From positions 700,476,001 to 700,540,000 of the forward strand of contig NC_091284.1 of NCBI RefSeq assembly GCF_032444005.1: DNA of 64,000 nucleotides. Reading direction: 5' to 3'. Positions within the stretch are counted from its first letter, which is position 1. Each line of letters opens with the position of its first letter. The DNA is from Ranitomeya imitator (lineage: Eukaryota). Of this stretch, positions 1 through 11,900 are shown piece by piece. Below the pieces are notes generated by a model. It ran no database searches. It was not told the origin of the DNA and saw nothing but the letters and a program-made list of their open reading frames with translations. The translations under genes were made by a program, and so were the position numbers.

Positions 1-597
1 CAGAAACTTAGCTCTATCTCCAGAAAACAAATCAGGAATAGGAATTCTTGGCTCTAACATAGAATTCTGAACCACAAAGTCTTGAATATTTTGTACTCTT
101 GCAGTGAGATGATCCACACAAGAAGACAGATCTTTAATGTCCATCACTACACCTGTGTCGTGAACCACCCAAATGTCTAGGGGAAAAGAGAGACAAAACA
201 CAGTGCAAAGAAAAAAAAATGGTCTCAGAACTTCTCTTTTCCCTCTATTGAGAAGCATTAGTACTTTGGGCCTCCAGTACTGTTATGAACAGGTGATTCA
301 GAACCACAATGGACCTAGTGCTTAAGAGCACACAAAGTGACCTGATAGTTACTAACATAGGACGAGCTCTGAGACGTGGGAACTCTGCTGACCGCAATCC
401 CTAATCCTATCATACCACACTAGAGGTAGCCGTGGATTGCGCCTAACGCTCCCTATGCAACTCGGCACAGCCTGAGAAACTAACTAGCCCTGAAGATAGA
501 AAAATAAGCCTACCTTGCCTCAAATTCCCCAAAGGAAAAGGCAGCCCCCCACATATAATGACTGTGAGTTAAGATGAAAATACAAACACAGAGATGA
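1..597 (-). mobile_element. Partial Ty3/Gypsy element, subfamily A (start of gag, leader, PBS and truncated 5' LTR 281-597); continues left of the window
   Basis: 1-597 matches 7266-7866 apart from a 4-bp deletion near 492. The LTR starts TGTTATGAAC at 281 and is cut off at 597 by a minisatellite. Confidence 0.92.
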
Positions 598-1530
598 TTA
601 TGGGTGGTGATGGGGTGGGGGGCGGGATTATGGGTGGTGATGGGGTGGGGGGCGGGATTATGGGTGGTGATGGGGTGGGGGGCGGGATTATGGGTGGTGA
701 TGGGGTGGGAGGGCAGGATTATGGGTAGTGGTGGGATGGGGGTGGGATTATGGGTGGTGATGGGGTGGGATTATGTGTGGTAATGGGGTGGGGGGTGGGA
801 TTGTGTGTGGTAATGGGGTGGGGGGGCGAATTATGTGTGGTGATATGGTGGGGGGAGGGATTATGTGTGGTGATGTGGTGGGGATTATGTGTGGTGATGT
901 GGTGGGGGGCGGGATTATGTGTGGTAATGGTGTGGGGGGCGGGATTGTGTGTGGTGATGGGGTGGGGGGCGGGATTGTGTGTGGTGATGGGGTGGGGGCG
1001 AGATTGTGTGTGGTGATGTGGTGGGGGCGGGATTATGTGTGGTGATGTGGTGGGGGGCAGGATTGTGTGTGGTAATGGGGTAGGGGCAGGATTGTGTGTG
1101 GTAATGGGGTGGGAGGCAGGATTATGTGTGATGTGGTGGGGGGCGGGATTGTGTGTGGTGATAGTGTGGGGGGCGGGATTATGTGTGATGTGGTGGGGGC
1201 GGGATTGTGTGTAGTGATAAGGTGGGAAGCTGGATTGTGTGTGGTAATGGGGTGGGGGGCGGGATTTTGTGTGGTGATGTGGTGGGGGTGGGATTGTGTG
1301 TGGTGATGTGGTGGGGGCGGGATTGTGTGTGGTGATGTGGTGGGGGGCCGGATTGTGTGTGGTGATGTGGTGGGGGGCCGGATTGTGTGTGGTGATGTGG
1401 TGGGGGGCCGGATTGTGTGTGGTGATGTGGTGGCGGGCGGGATTATGTGTGGTGATGTGGTGGGGGGCAGGATTGTGTGTGGTGATGTGGTGGGGGGCAG
1501 GATTGTGTGTGGTGATGTGGTGGGAGGCAG
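597..1530 (+). repeat. G-rich minisatellite, unit about 27-30 bp (e.g. GGATTGTGTGTGGTGATGTGGTGGGGGGC)
   Basis: About 30 directly visible tandem units with extreme G/T strand bias. The first units are identical 30-mers. Confidence 0.95.
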
Positions 1531-3183
1531 AGCTTCTGTGCAGGGGGCAGGATTAGAAAGTAATCACGATGCCTCATATATATAGATCCTAACACTTGTT
1601 GTAGTTAAAATATTAGCAGCATTTAACAAATATTGCATTCTTTATTTAGCAATATCCTTAGGTTATACAAGGGGTCCCCAACCTGTGACTCAGGAGCCAC
1701 ATGTGTGGCTCACGCAAGACAGCCAGCTTCTTGTGTTAGCACCAGGCTTAGCACACAACTATGAAGGAAAGTTCATCAGATGATGACTTTTGTAAGTAGT
1801 CCTGCACAGAAAAGCAGGTCTGTTTGTATTATATACTGGTGGGGAGCAGAGGGTGAATATATTCAACTGGGGATAGGATAATATTGTGAGTTACAGGGGT
1901 GATTGAAGCTGAATGCAATAGTGTGGTGGGTGTACTTGATGCAAGAATACAGAAAGGAGTTAAAGTGTGAACCCATTGATGTAAGTATGATGCCTAAAAG
2001 GAGGGTGGTTGTGTAACAATTCCAACCCTCAGTGCTGATCTGTCTGTGCATTGATTGACAGCTCAGTTGTCCAGTTCAGTGCAGGTGACTGTGTTTTTAT
2101 GGACAGCTCAGCCATCCAGTCTGAGATTGGGAGATGCTGAGCTCTCATCAGGTGCTCCCAGTTTCCTTGATTGTTGAGCTATCTAACTGAGCTGGCAGTC
2201 CCAAATAGCTGTCATCCGTAGCTTGAGCTAAGTGTAGTTGGATTACTCTGTGCCTTGTATTTTGCTTGTTGATATATCGCTGCCTAACCTTGGACTGGAC
2301 CTCATTCTGACCATCCGTCTGTTTTGACCCATTTGCTCTGATTTGCTAGCTTACTGGTATTTTGACCTTGGACCATTACCTGACTACGACTTTGTTTCTT
2401 TCATCTGTTAATGCATACTCTCTTGGCTATTGACCATGGACTTCTTGACTATCCTGACTCGTGGCATGTTCTTAAGAAGTGCCTTAGCATCACAGTTGGT
2501 TTTGGCTTCCTTTCCATATTGAGACTGTGGGGCTTTTGTGTTATGAACAGGTGATTCAGAACCACAATGGACCTAGTGGTTAAGAGCACACAAAGTGACC
2601 TGATAGTTACTAACATAGGACGAGCTCTGAGACGTGGGAACTCTGCTGACCGCAATCCCTAATCCTATCATACCACACTAGAGGTAGCCGTGGATTGCGC
2701 CTAACGCTCCCTATGCAACTCGGCACAGCCTGAGAAACTAACTAGCCCTGAAGATAGAAAAATAAGCCTACCTTGCCTCAGACAAATTCCCCAAAGGAAA
2801 AGCAGCCTCCCACATATAATGACTGTGAGTTAAGATGAAAATACAAACACAGAGATGAAATAGATTTAGCAAAGTGAGGCCCGACTTACTGAATAGATCG
2901 AGGATAGGAAAGATAGCTTTGCGGTCAACACAAAAACCTACAAACAACCACGCAGAGGGGCAAAAAGACCCTCCGCACCGACTAACGGTACGGAGGTGCT
3001 CCCTCTGCGCCTCAGAGCTTCCAGCAAGCAAGAAAAACCAATATAGCAAGCTGGACAGAAAATATAGCAAACAAAAGTAACACAAGCAAAACTTAGCTTA
3101 TGCAGGGCAGACAGGCCATAAGAACGATCCAGGAGAAAGCAAGACCAATACTGGAACATTGACTGGAGGCCAGGAACAAAGAA

Positions 3184-6100
3184 CTAGGTGGAGTTAAATA
3201 GAGCAGCACCTAACGACTTAACCTCGTCACATGAGGAAGGAAACTCAGAAGCCGCAGCCCCACTCACATCCACCAGAGGAAGCTCATAGACAGAACCAGC
3301 CGAAGTACCACTCATGACCACAGGAGGGAGCTTGACCACAGAATTCACAACAGTACCCCATCCTTGAGGAGGGGTCACCGAACCCTCACCAGAGCCCCCA
3401 GGACGACCAGGATGAGCCAAATGAAAGGCACGAACCAGATTGGCAGCATGAACATCAGAGGCAAAGACCCAGGAATTACCCTCCTGACCATAACCCTTCC
3501 ACTTAACCAAGTACTGGAGTTTCCGTCTCGAAATACGAGAATCCAAAATCTTCTCCACTATATACTCCAACTCCCCCTCAACCAAAACCGGGGCAGGAGG
3601 ATCAACGGATGGAACCACAGGTGCCACGTATCTCCGCAACAATGACCTATGGAATACGTTATGGATGGAAAAAGAAGCTGGAAGAGTCAAACGAAAAGAC
3701 ACAGGATTAAGAACCTCAGAAATCCTATACGGACCAATAAAACGAGGCTTAAACTTAGGAGAGGAAACTTTCATAGGAATATAACGAGATGACAACCAAA
3801 CCAAATCCCCAACACGAAGTCGGGGACCCACACAGCGCCTGCGGTTAGCGAAACGTTGAGCCTTCTCCTGAGACAATGTCAAATTGTCCACCACATGAGT
3901 CCAAATCTGCTGCAACCTATCCACCACAGTATCCACACCAGGACAGTCAGAAGACTCAACCTGCCCTGAAGAGAAACGAGGATGAAAACCAGAATTGCAG
4001 AAAAACGGCGAAACCAAAGTAGCCGAGCTGGCCCGATTATTAAGGGCGAACTCAGCCAAAGGCAAAAAGGACACCCAATCATCCTGATCGGCAGAAACAA
4101 AACATCTCAGATATGTTTCCAAGGTCTGATTGGTTCGTTCAGTCTGGCCATTTGTCTGAGGATGGAAAGCCGAGGAAAAAGACAAATCAATGCCCATCCT
4201 AGCACAAAAGGCTCACCAAAACCTCGAAACAAACTGGGAACCTCTGTCAGAAATGATGTTCTCCGGAATGGCATGTAAACGAACCACATGCTGGAAGAAC
4301 AAAGGCACCAAATCAGAGGAGGAAGGCAATTTAACCAAGGGCACCAGATGGACCATTTTAGAAAAGCGATCACAGACCACCCAAATGACCGACATTTTTT
4401 GAGAGACGGGGAGATCCGAAATAAAATCCATAGAGATATGTGTCCAGGGCCTCTTCGGGACCGGCAAGGGCAAAAGCAACCCACTGGCACGAGAACAGCA
4501 GGGCTTAGCCCGAGCACAAATCCCACAGGACTGCACAAACGAACACACATCCCGCGACAGAGACGGCCACCAAAAGGATCTAGCCACCAAATCTCTGGTA
4601 CCAAAGATTCCAGGATGACCAGCCAACACCAAACAATGAACCTCAGAGATAACTCTACTCATCCATTTATCAGGGACAGTTTCTCCGCTGGGCAACGGTC
4701 AGGTCTATTAGCCTGAAATTTTTGCAGCACCCGCCGCAAATCAGGGGAGATGGCAGACAAAATTACCCCCTCTTTGTGAATACCCGCCGGCTCAGACAAA
4801 CCCGGAGAGTAGGGCACAAAACTCCTAGACAGGGCATCCGCCTTCACATTTTTAGAGCCCGGAAGGTACGAAACCACAAAGTCAAAACGGGAGAAAAACA
4901 GCGACCAACGAGCCTCTCTAGGATTCAACCGTTTGGCAGACTTGAGATAAGTCAAGTTCTTGTGATCAGTCAAGACCACCACGCGATGCTTAGCTCCTTC
5001 AAGCCAATGACGCCACTCCTCGAATGCCCACTTCATGGCCAGCAACTCTCGATTGCCAACATCATAATTACGCTCAGCAGGCGAAAACTTCCTGGAAAAG
5101 AAGGCGCATGGTTTCATCACCGAGTCATCAGAACTTCTTTGCGACAAAACAGCCCCTGCTCCAATCTCAGAAGCATCAACCTCGACCTGGAACGGGAGCG
5201 AAACATCTGGTTGGCACAACACAGGGGCAGAAGAAAAATGACGCTTCAACTCTTGAAAAGCTTCCACAGCAGCAGAAGACCAATTGACCACATCAGCACC
5301 CTTCTTGGTTAACTCAGTCAACGGTTTAGCAATACTAGAAAAATTATTGATGAAGCGACGATAAAAATTAGCAAAGCCCAGGAACTTTTGCAGACTCTTC
5401 AGAGATGTCGGCTGAGTCCAATCATAAATGGCCTGAACTTTAACAGGGTCCATCTCGATAGTAGAAGGGGAAAAAATGAACCCCAAAAATGAAACCTTCT
5501 GAACACCAAAGAGACACTTTGACCCCTTCACAAACAAAGAATTCGCACGCAGAACCTGGAACACCATTCTGACCTGCTTCACGTGAGACTCCCAATCATC
5601 CGAGAAGACCAAAATATCATCCAAGTATACAATCAGGAATTTATCCAGGTACTCTCGGAAGATGTCATGCATAAAGGACTGAAACACTGATGGAGCATTA
5701 GAAAGCCCGAATGGCATAACCAGCTACTCAAAATGGCCCTCGGGCGTATTAAATGCTGTTTTCCATTCATCGCCCTGTTTAATACACACAAGATTATACG
5801 CACCACGAAGATCTATCTTGGTGAACCAACTAGCCCCCTTAATCCGAGCAAACAAATCAGACAGCAGCGGCAAGGGATCCTGAAATTTGACCGTGATTTT
5901 ATTTAGAAGGCGGTAATCAATACAAGGTCTCAGCGAACCATCCTTCTTGGCCACAAAAAAGAACCCTGCTCCCAATGGCGACGATGACGGGCGAATATGA
6001 CCCTTCTCCAAGGATTCCTTTACGTAACTCCGCATAGCGGCGTGCTCAGGCACAGACAAATTAAACAGTCGACCTTTAGGAAACTTACTACCAGGAATCA

Positions 6101-7523
6101 AATCGATAGCACAATCACAATCCCTATGCGGAGGTAGGGCACTGGACTTGGGCTCATCAAATACATCCCGGTAATCCGACAAGAACTCTGGGACCTCAGA
6201 AGGGGTGGATGATGAAATAGACAGAAAAGGAACATCACCATGTACCCCCTGACAACCCCAGCTGGACACAGACATTGATTTCCAATCCAATACTGGGTTA
6301 TGGACTTGTAGCCATGGCAACCCCAACACGACCACATCATGCAGATTATGCAACACCAAAAAGCGAATATCCTCCTGATGCGCAGGAGCCATGCACATGG
6401 TCAGCTGGGTCCAGTACTGAGGCTTATTCTTGGCCAAAGGCGTAGCATCAATTCCTCTCAATGGAATAGGATACTGCAAGGGCTCCAAGAAAAACCCACA
6501 GCGCCTAGCATACTCCAAGTCCATCAAATTCAGGGCAGCGCCTGAATCCACAAATGCCATGACAGAATAGGATGACAAAGAGCAGATCAAAGTAACAGAC
6601 AAAAGAAATTTCGACTGTACCGTACCAATGGTGGCAAACCTAGTGAACCGCTTAGTGCGTTTAGGACAATCGGAGATAGCATGAGTGGAATCACCACAGT
6701 AAAAACACAGCCCATTCTGACGTCTGTGTTCTTGCCGTTCAGCTCTGGTCAAAGTCCTATCGCACTGCATAAGCTCAGGTCCATGCTCAGATAATAACGC
6801 CAAATGGTGCACAGTATTACGCTCACGCAAGCGTCGACCGATCTGAATGGCCAAAGACATAGACTCATTCAGACCAGCAGGCATAGGAAATCCCACCATG
6901 ACATCCTTAAGGGCTTCAGAGAGACCTTTTCTGAAAATTGCTGCCAGCGCACATTCATTCCATTGAGTGAGCACAGACCACTTCCTAAACTTCTGACAAT
7001 ATATCTCTACCTCATCCTGACCCTGAGACAGAGCCAGCAAATTTTTCTCTGCCTGATCCACTGAATTAGGTTCATCATACAGCAATCCGAGCGCCAGAAA
7101 AAACGCATCAATATTACATAATGCAGGATCTCCTGGCGCAAGGGAAAATGCCCAGTCTTGAGGGTCGCCACGTAATAAAGAAATAATGATCTTAACTTGT
7201 TGAACTGGGTCACCAGAGGAGCGGGGTTTCAAAGCCAGAAACAGTTTACAATTATTCTTAAAACTCAGAAACTTAGCTCTATCTCCAGAAAACAAATCAG
7301 GAATAGGAATTCTTGGCTCTAACATAGAATTCTGAACCACAAAGTCTTGAATATTTTGTACTCTTGCAGTGAGATGATCCACACAAGAAGACAGATCTTT
7401 AATGTCCATCACTACACCTGTGTCGTGAACCACCCAAATGTCTAGGGGAAAAGAGAGACAAAACACAGTGCAAAGAAAAAAAAATGGTCTCAGAACTTCT
7501 CTTTTCCCTCTATTGAGAAGCAT
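3184..7523 (-). pseudogene. Disrupted gag-pol polyprotein of element A
   Basis: Motifs: CCHC knuckle [14 protein letters not shown], protease AFVDSGA, RT YLDD, RNase H, integrase HHCC + DDE, chromodomain [16 protein letters not shown]. Lesions: TAG at about 5724, frameshift at about 4680, TGA at about 4213. Confidence 0.93.
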
Positions 7524-7533
7524 TAGTACTTTG

Positions 7534-7543
7534 GGCCTCCAGT
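7534..7543 (-). promoter_or_regulatory. PBS of element A (ACTGGAGGCC), complementary to the LTR 10-mer at 8171-8180; TATA box TATTTAA at 8203-8209
   Basis: + strand GGCCTCCAGT at 7534-7543 is the reverse complement of ACTGGAGGCC at 8171-8180. The TATA box is 29 nt upstream in element sense. Confidence 0.8.
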
Positions 7544-8871
7544 ACTGTTATGAACAGGTGATTCAGAACCACAATGGACCTAGTGCTTAAGAGCACACAA
7601 AGTGACCTGATAGTTACTAACATAGGACGAGCTCTGAGACGTGGGAACTCTGCTGACCGCAATCCCTAATCCTATCATACCACACTAGAGGTAGCCGTGG
7701 ATTGCGCCTAACGCTCCCTATGCAACTCGGCACAGCCTGAGAAACTAACTAGCCCTGAAGATAGAAAAATAAGCCTACCTTGCCTCAGACAAATTCCCCA
7801 AAGGAAAAGGCAGCCCCCCACATATAATGACTGTGAGTTAAGATGAAAATACAAACACAGAGATGAAATAGATTTTAGCAAAGTGAGGCCCGACTTACTG
7901 AATAGACCGAGGATAGGAAAGATAGCTTTGCGGTCAACACAAAAACCTACAAACAACCACGCAGAGGGGCAAAAAGACCCTCCGCACCGACTAACGGTAC
8001 GGAGGTGCTCCCTCTGCGCCTCAGAGCTTCCAGCAAGCAAGAAAAACCAATATAGCAAGCTGGACAGAAAATATAGCAAACAAAAGTAACACAAGCAAAA
8101 CTTAGCTGATGCAGGGCAGACAGGCCATAAGAACGATCCAGGAGAAAGCAAGACCAATACTGGAACATTGACTGGAGGCCAGGAACAAAGAACTAGGTGG
8201 AGTTAAATAGAGCAGCACCTAACGACTTAACCTCGTCACCTGAGGAAGGAAACTCAGAAGCCGCAGCCCCACTCACATCCACCAGAGGAAGCTCATAGAC
8301 AGAACCAGCCGAAGTACCACTCATGACCAGAGGAGGGAGCTTGACCACAGAATTCACAACACTCTTGGTGTCATTATGGTGTCATTATGGTGTAAGTAGG
8401 AGGGAATCATGAATGTGACTCATGACCATCTATCAGAGCTAAATGTGGCTTTCGAGGTTGGGGACCACTGGGTTCCACATGCCATGAAATGTGATTAGGT
8501 AACCCAATGTTTTTTTCACTGTCTTGGACAGTATAAAAGTCTAGATTTCATTTTCTATAAATTGTGTCAATATTTCTATAATCTCTTGTACATTTTAGTC
8601 CTATCCTCAATATGTCCTGATATATGGACATATAGGTATCTGGTGGAGTCTTGGGACCCAATTTCTTCTCTCTAGAGAACACAACTCTTACTATTGAAGA
8701 TTGAAGACCCAATGCAACTGTTTATCATCTTGCCCATTATTTTTGATCATGTGCAATCTACTTAATAATGAAAGGTGTTCTTATGTGACAAGTTCTATGC
8801 ATTAGGTCTCCTGATCTTTAAAGAAAAGGGAAAAAAATTGTAATTTGAGCAAGATATTTTTGTTTTTTTAG

Positions 8872-8985
8872 GAGCTGTTAGCTCATGGAATATCCAACAT
8901 GGTCTCTTCCCTGTTCCAGTGTTTCCCCAGCTCTGCTACTTTGGCTACAACAAATATTCTTGAAAGTGCTGGAGGTCATACCCAG
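8872..8985 (+). CDS. slc26a10: Exon [38 protein letters not shown]
   Basis: tttttag acceptor, CAG|gtaata donor, 114 nt, phase 0/0. Confidence 0.92.
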
Positions 8986-11900
8986 GTAATATATAGATTA
9001 TAATGTATTTTTATATATCCATTTCATAATTGTACAAATGTAGCATTTTCAACATGATACACTAACCACTATAAAGCAGGATATCATGATGCAGAAAACG
9101 GGGCATCTAACTTGACTCATTAAATGGCTCGTGCTGTGCTACAGGCAGTCTGTAACCCCAAAACACAAATTAAACTAAGTACATAATGATAGAGGTGACT
9201 TAGTCTGCTATGAAAAGAATTGTGATAATTATTGCCTTACTGTCCAGAAAAAGACACTTATTCTAAAAGAAACAGGGTGCTTGGTGCATCCTTGGCATAG
9301 CTGACTGATCAGTGCATAGGTCCGCTTTCAGAATTAGGGACCTCTCTCCTCTGTGCAGTAAAGGCAACGGTTACTGCACTAAACATATGCTTTTTCTAGG
9401 GGTTAAACCTGCTATTTGATCATGTGGTTAGCATTATTTGTGTTTTTGGAATGACAAACACCATTTAATGCTTTAATTGCCTGTAATCTGATCAATGACA
9501 CTTTTTGAATATTTTTTTTATATACAGTATATATATGTAGTACAACTTAAGTTGAATTATTAACATATTAACTAAATTGAGCACTTGAATGCATATGACT
9601 GCCTTACAACCGCATAATCTGACTATATATTTTCCCTCAAAGCAATGTTTCAAAGGGAGAATACCAACGAAATAAGGCATTGAATCGATGAGAACACTAT
9701 TTTGGGGGGATTTTCAAAAAATTACTGTTGCTGTAATTTTTATTTCATAAATCAATAATGTATTTGAAAATAAGAAACTTTGTTATATATCTAATATATC
9801 TAACATGTGTATATATATATATATAAATACATATACAGTGGGGCAAAAAAGTATTTAGTCAGTCAGCAATAGTGCAAGTTCCACCACTTAAAAAGATGAG
9901 AGGCGTCTGTAATTTACATCATAGGTAGACCTCAACTATGGGAGACAAACTGAGAAAAAAAAATCCAGAAAATCACATTGTCTGTTTTTTTAACATTTTA
10001 TTTGCATATTATGGTGGAAAATAAGTATTTGGTCAGAAACAACATTTCATCTCAATACTTTGTAATATATCCTTTGTTGGCAATGACAGAGGTCAAACGT
10101 TTTCTGTAAGTCTTCACAAGGTTGCCACACACTGTTGTTGGTATGTTGGCCCATTCCTCCATGCAGATCTCCTCTAGAGCAGTGATGTTTTTGGCTTTTC
10201 TCTTGGCAACACGGACTTTCAACTCCCTCCAAAGGTTTTCTAAAGGGTTGAGATCTGGAGACTGGCTAGGCCACTCCAGGACCTTGAAATGCTTCTTACG
10301 AAGCCACTCCTTCGTTGCCCTGGCGGTGTGCTTTGGATCATTGTCATGTTGAAAGACCCAGCCACGTTTCATTTCAATGCCCTTGCTGATGGAAGGAGGT
10401 TTGCACTCAAAATATCACGATACATGGCCCCATTCATTCTTTCATGTACCCGGATCAGTCGTCCTGGCCCCTTTGCAGAGAAACAACCGCAAAGCATGAT
10501 GTTTCCACCACCATGCTTTACAGTAGCTATGGTGTTTGATGGATGCAACTCAGTATTCTTTTTCCTCCAAACAAGACAAGTTGTGTTTCTACCAAACAGT
10601 TCCAGTTTGGTTTCATCAGACCATAGGACATTCTCCCAAAACTCCTCTGGATCATCCAAATGCTCTCTAGCAAACTTCAGATGGGCCCGGACATGTACTG
10701 GCTTAAGCAGTGGGACACGTCTGGCACTGCAGGATCTGAGTCCATGGTGGCGTAGTGTGTTACTTATGGTAGGCCTTGTTACATTGGTCCCAGCTCTCTG
10801 CAGTTCATTCACTAGGTCCCCCCGCGTGGTTCTGGGATTTTTGCTCACCGTTCTTGTGATCATTCTGACCCCACGGGGTGGGATTTTGCGTGGAGCCCCA
10901 GATGGAGGGAGATTATCAGTGGTCTTGTATGTCTTCCATTTTCTAATTATTGCTCCCACTGTTGATTTCTTCACTCCAAGCTGGTTGGCTATTGCAGATT
11001 CAGTCTTCCCAGCCTGGTGCAGGGCTACAATTTTGTTTCTGGTGTCCTTTGACAGCTCTTTGGTCTTCACCATAGTGGAGTTTGGAGTCAGACTGTTTGA
11101 GGGTGTGCACAGGTGTCTTTTTATACTGATAACAAGTTTAAACAGGTGCCATTACTACAGGTAATGAGTGGAGGAAAGAGGAGACTCTTAAAGAAGAAGT
11201 TACAGGTCTGTGAGAGACAGAAATCTTGATTGTTTGTTTCTGACCAAATACTTATTTTCCACCATAATATGCAAATAAAATGTTAAAAAAACAGACAATG
11301 TGATTTTCTGGATTTTTTTTTCTCAGTTTGTCTCCCATAGTTGAGGTCTACCTATGATGTAAATTACAGATGCCTCTCATCTTTTTAAGTGGTGGAACTT
11401 GCACTATTGCTGACTGACTAAATACTTTTTTGCCCCACTGTATATATATATAGTGTGTGGTGTACACTTGTGGAATTATATACTTAACAAAAAGTGTGAA
11501 ACAACTGAAATTATGTCTTATATTCTAGGTTCTTCAAAGTAGCCACCTTTTGCTTTGATGCCTGCTTTGCACACTCTTGGCATTTTCTTGATGAGCTTCA
11601 AGAGGTAGTCACCGGGAATGGTTTTCACTTCACAGGTGTGCCCTGTCAGGTTTAATAAGTGGGATTTCTTGCCTTATAAATGGGGTTGGGACCATCAGTT
11701 ATGTTGAGCAGAAGTCTGGTGGATACACAGCTTATAGTCCTACTGAATAGACTGTTAGAATTTGTATTATGGCAAAAAAAAACAGCTAAGTAAAGAAAAA
11801 ACGAGTGGCCATCGTTACTTTAAGAAATGAAGATCAGTCAGACCGAAAAATTGGGAAAACTTTGAAAGCGTCCCCAAGTGCAGTGGCAAAAACCATCAAG

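Larger units (their letters stand above)
2539..8361 (-). mobile_element. Full-length chromodomain Ty3/Gypsy LTR retrotransposon, subfamily A (sushi/Tf1-like), inactivated
   Basis: LTRs 2539-3352 and 7546-8361 have TG...CA ends and about 6 substitutions + 2 indels by eye. PPT lies next to the left LTR (3353-3375). Flanks are CTTTTG/CTCTTG. Internal gag-PR-RT-RH-IN-chromodomain. Confidence 0.97.

Noticed and set aside
750-1585. ORFs rich in G/V/C/W repeats
   Set aside because: They are translations of the stop-poor minisatellite, with no splice or domain support.
1990-2538. LTR-like decayed sequence left of element A
   Set aside because: No definable termini or TSD, so it could not be supported as a feature.
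3364-7213. Many antisense and alternate-frame ORFs recurring in all three Gypsy elements
   Set aside because: Shadows of conserved pol codons. Their starts and stops differ between copies.
8239-8257. CTGAGGAAGGAAAC in the LTR of element A, resembling a hammerhead core
   Set aside because: Only 2 nt separate CUGANGA and GAAA, so there is no stem II. It is antisense to the element, mutated in the other LTR and absent from B and C.
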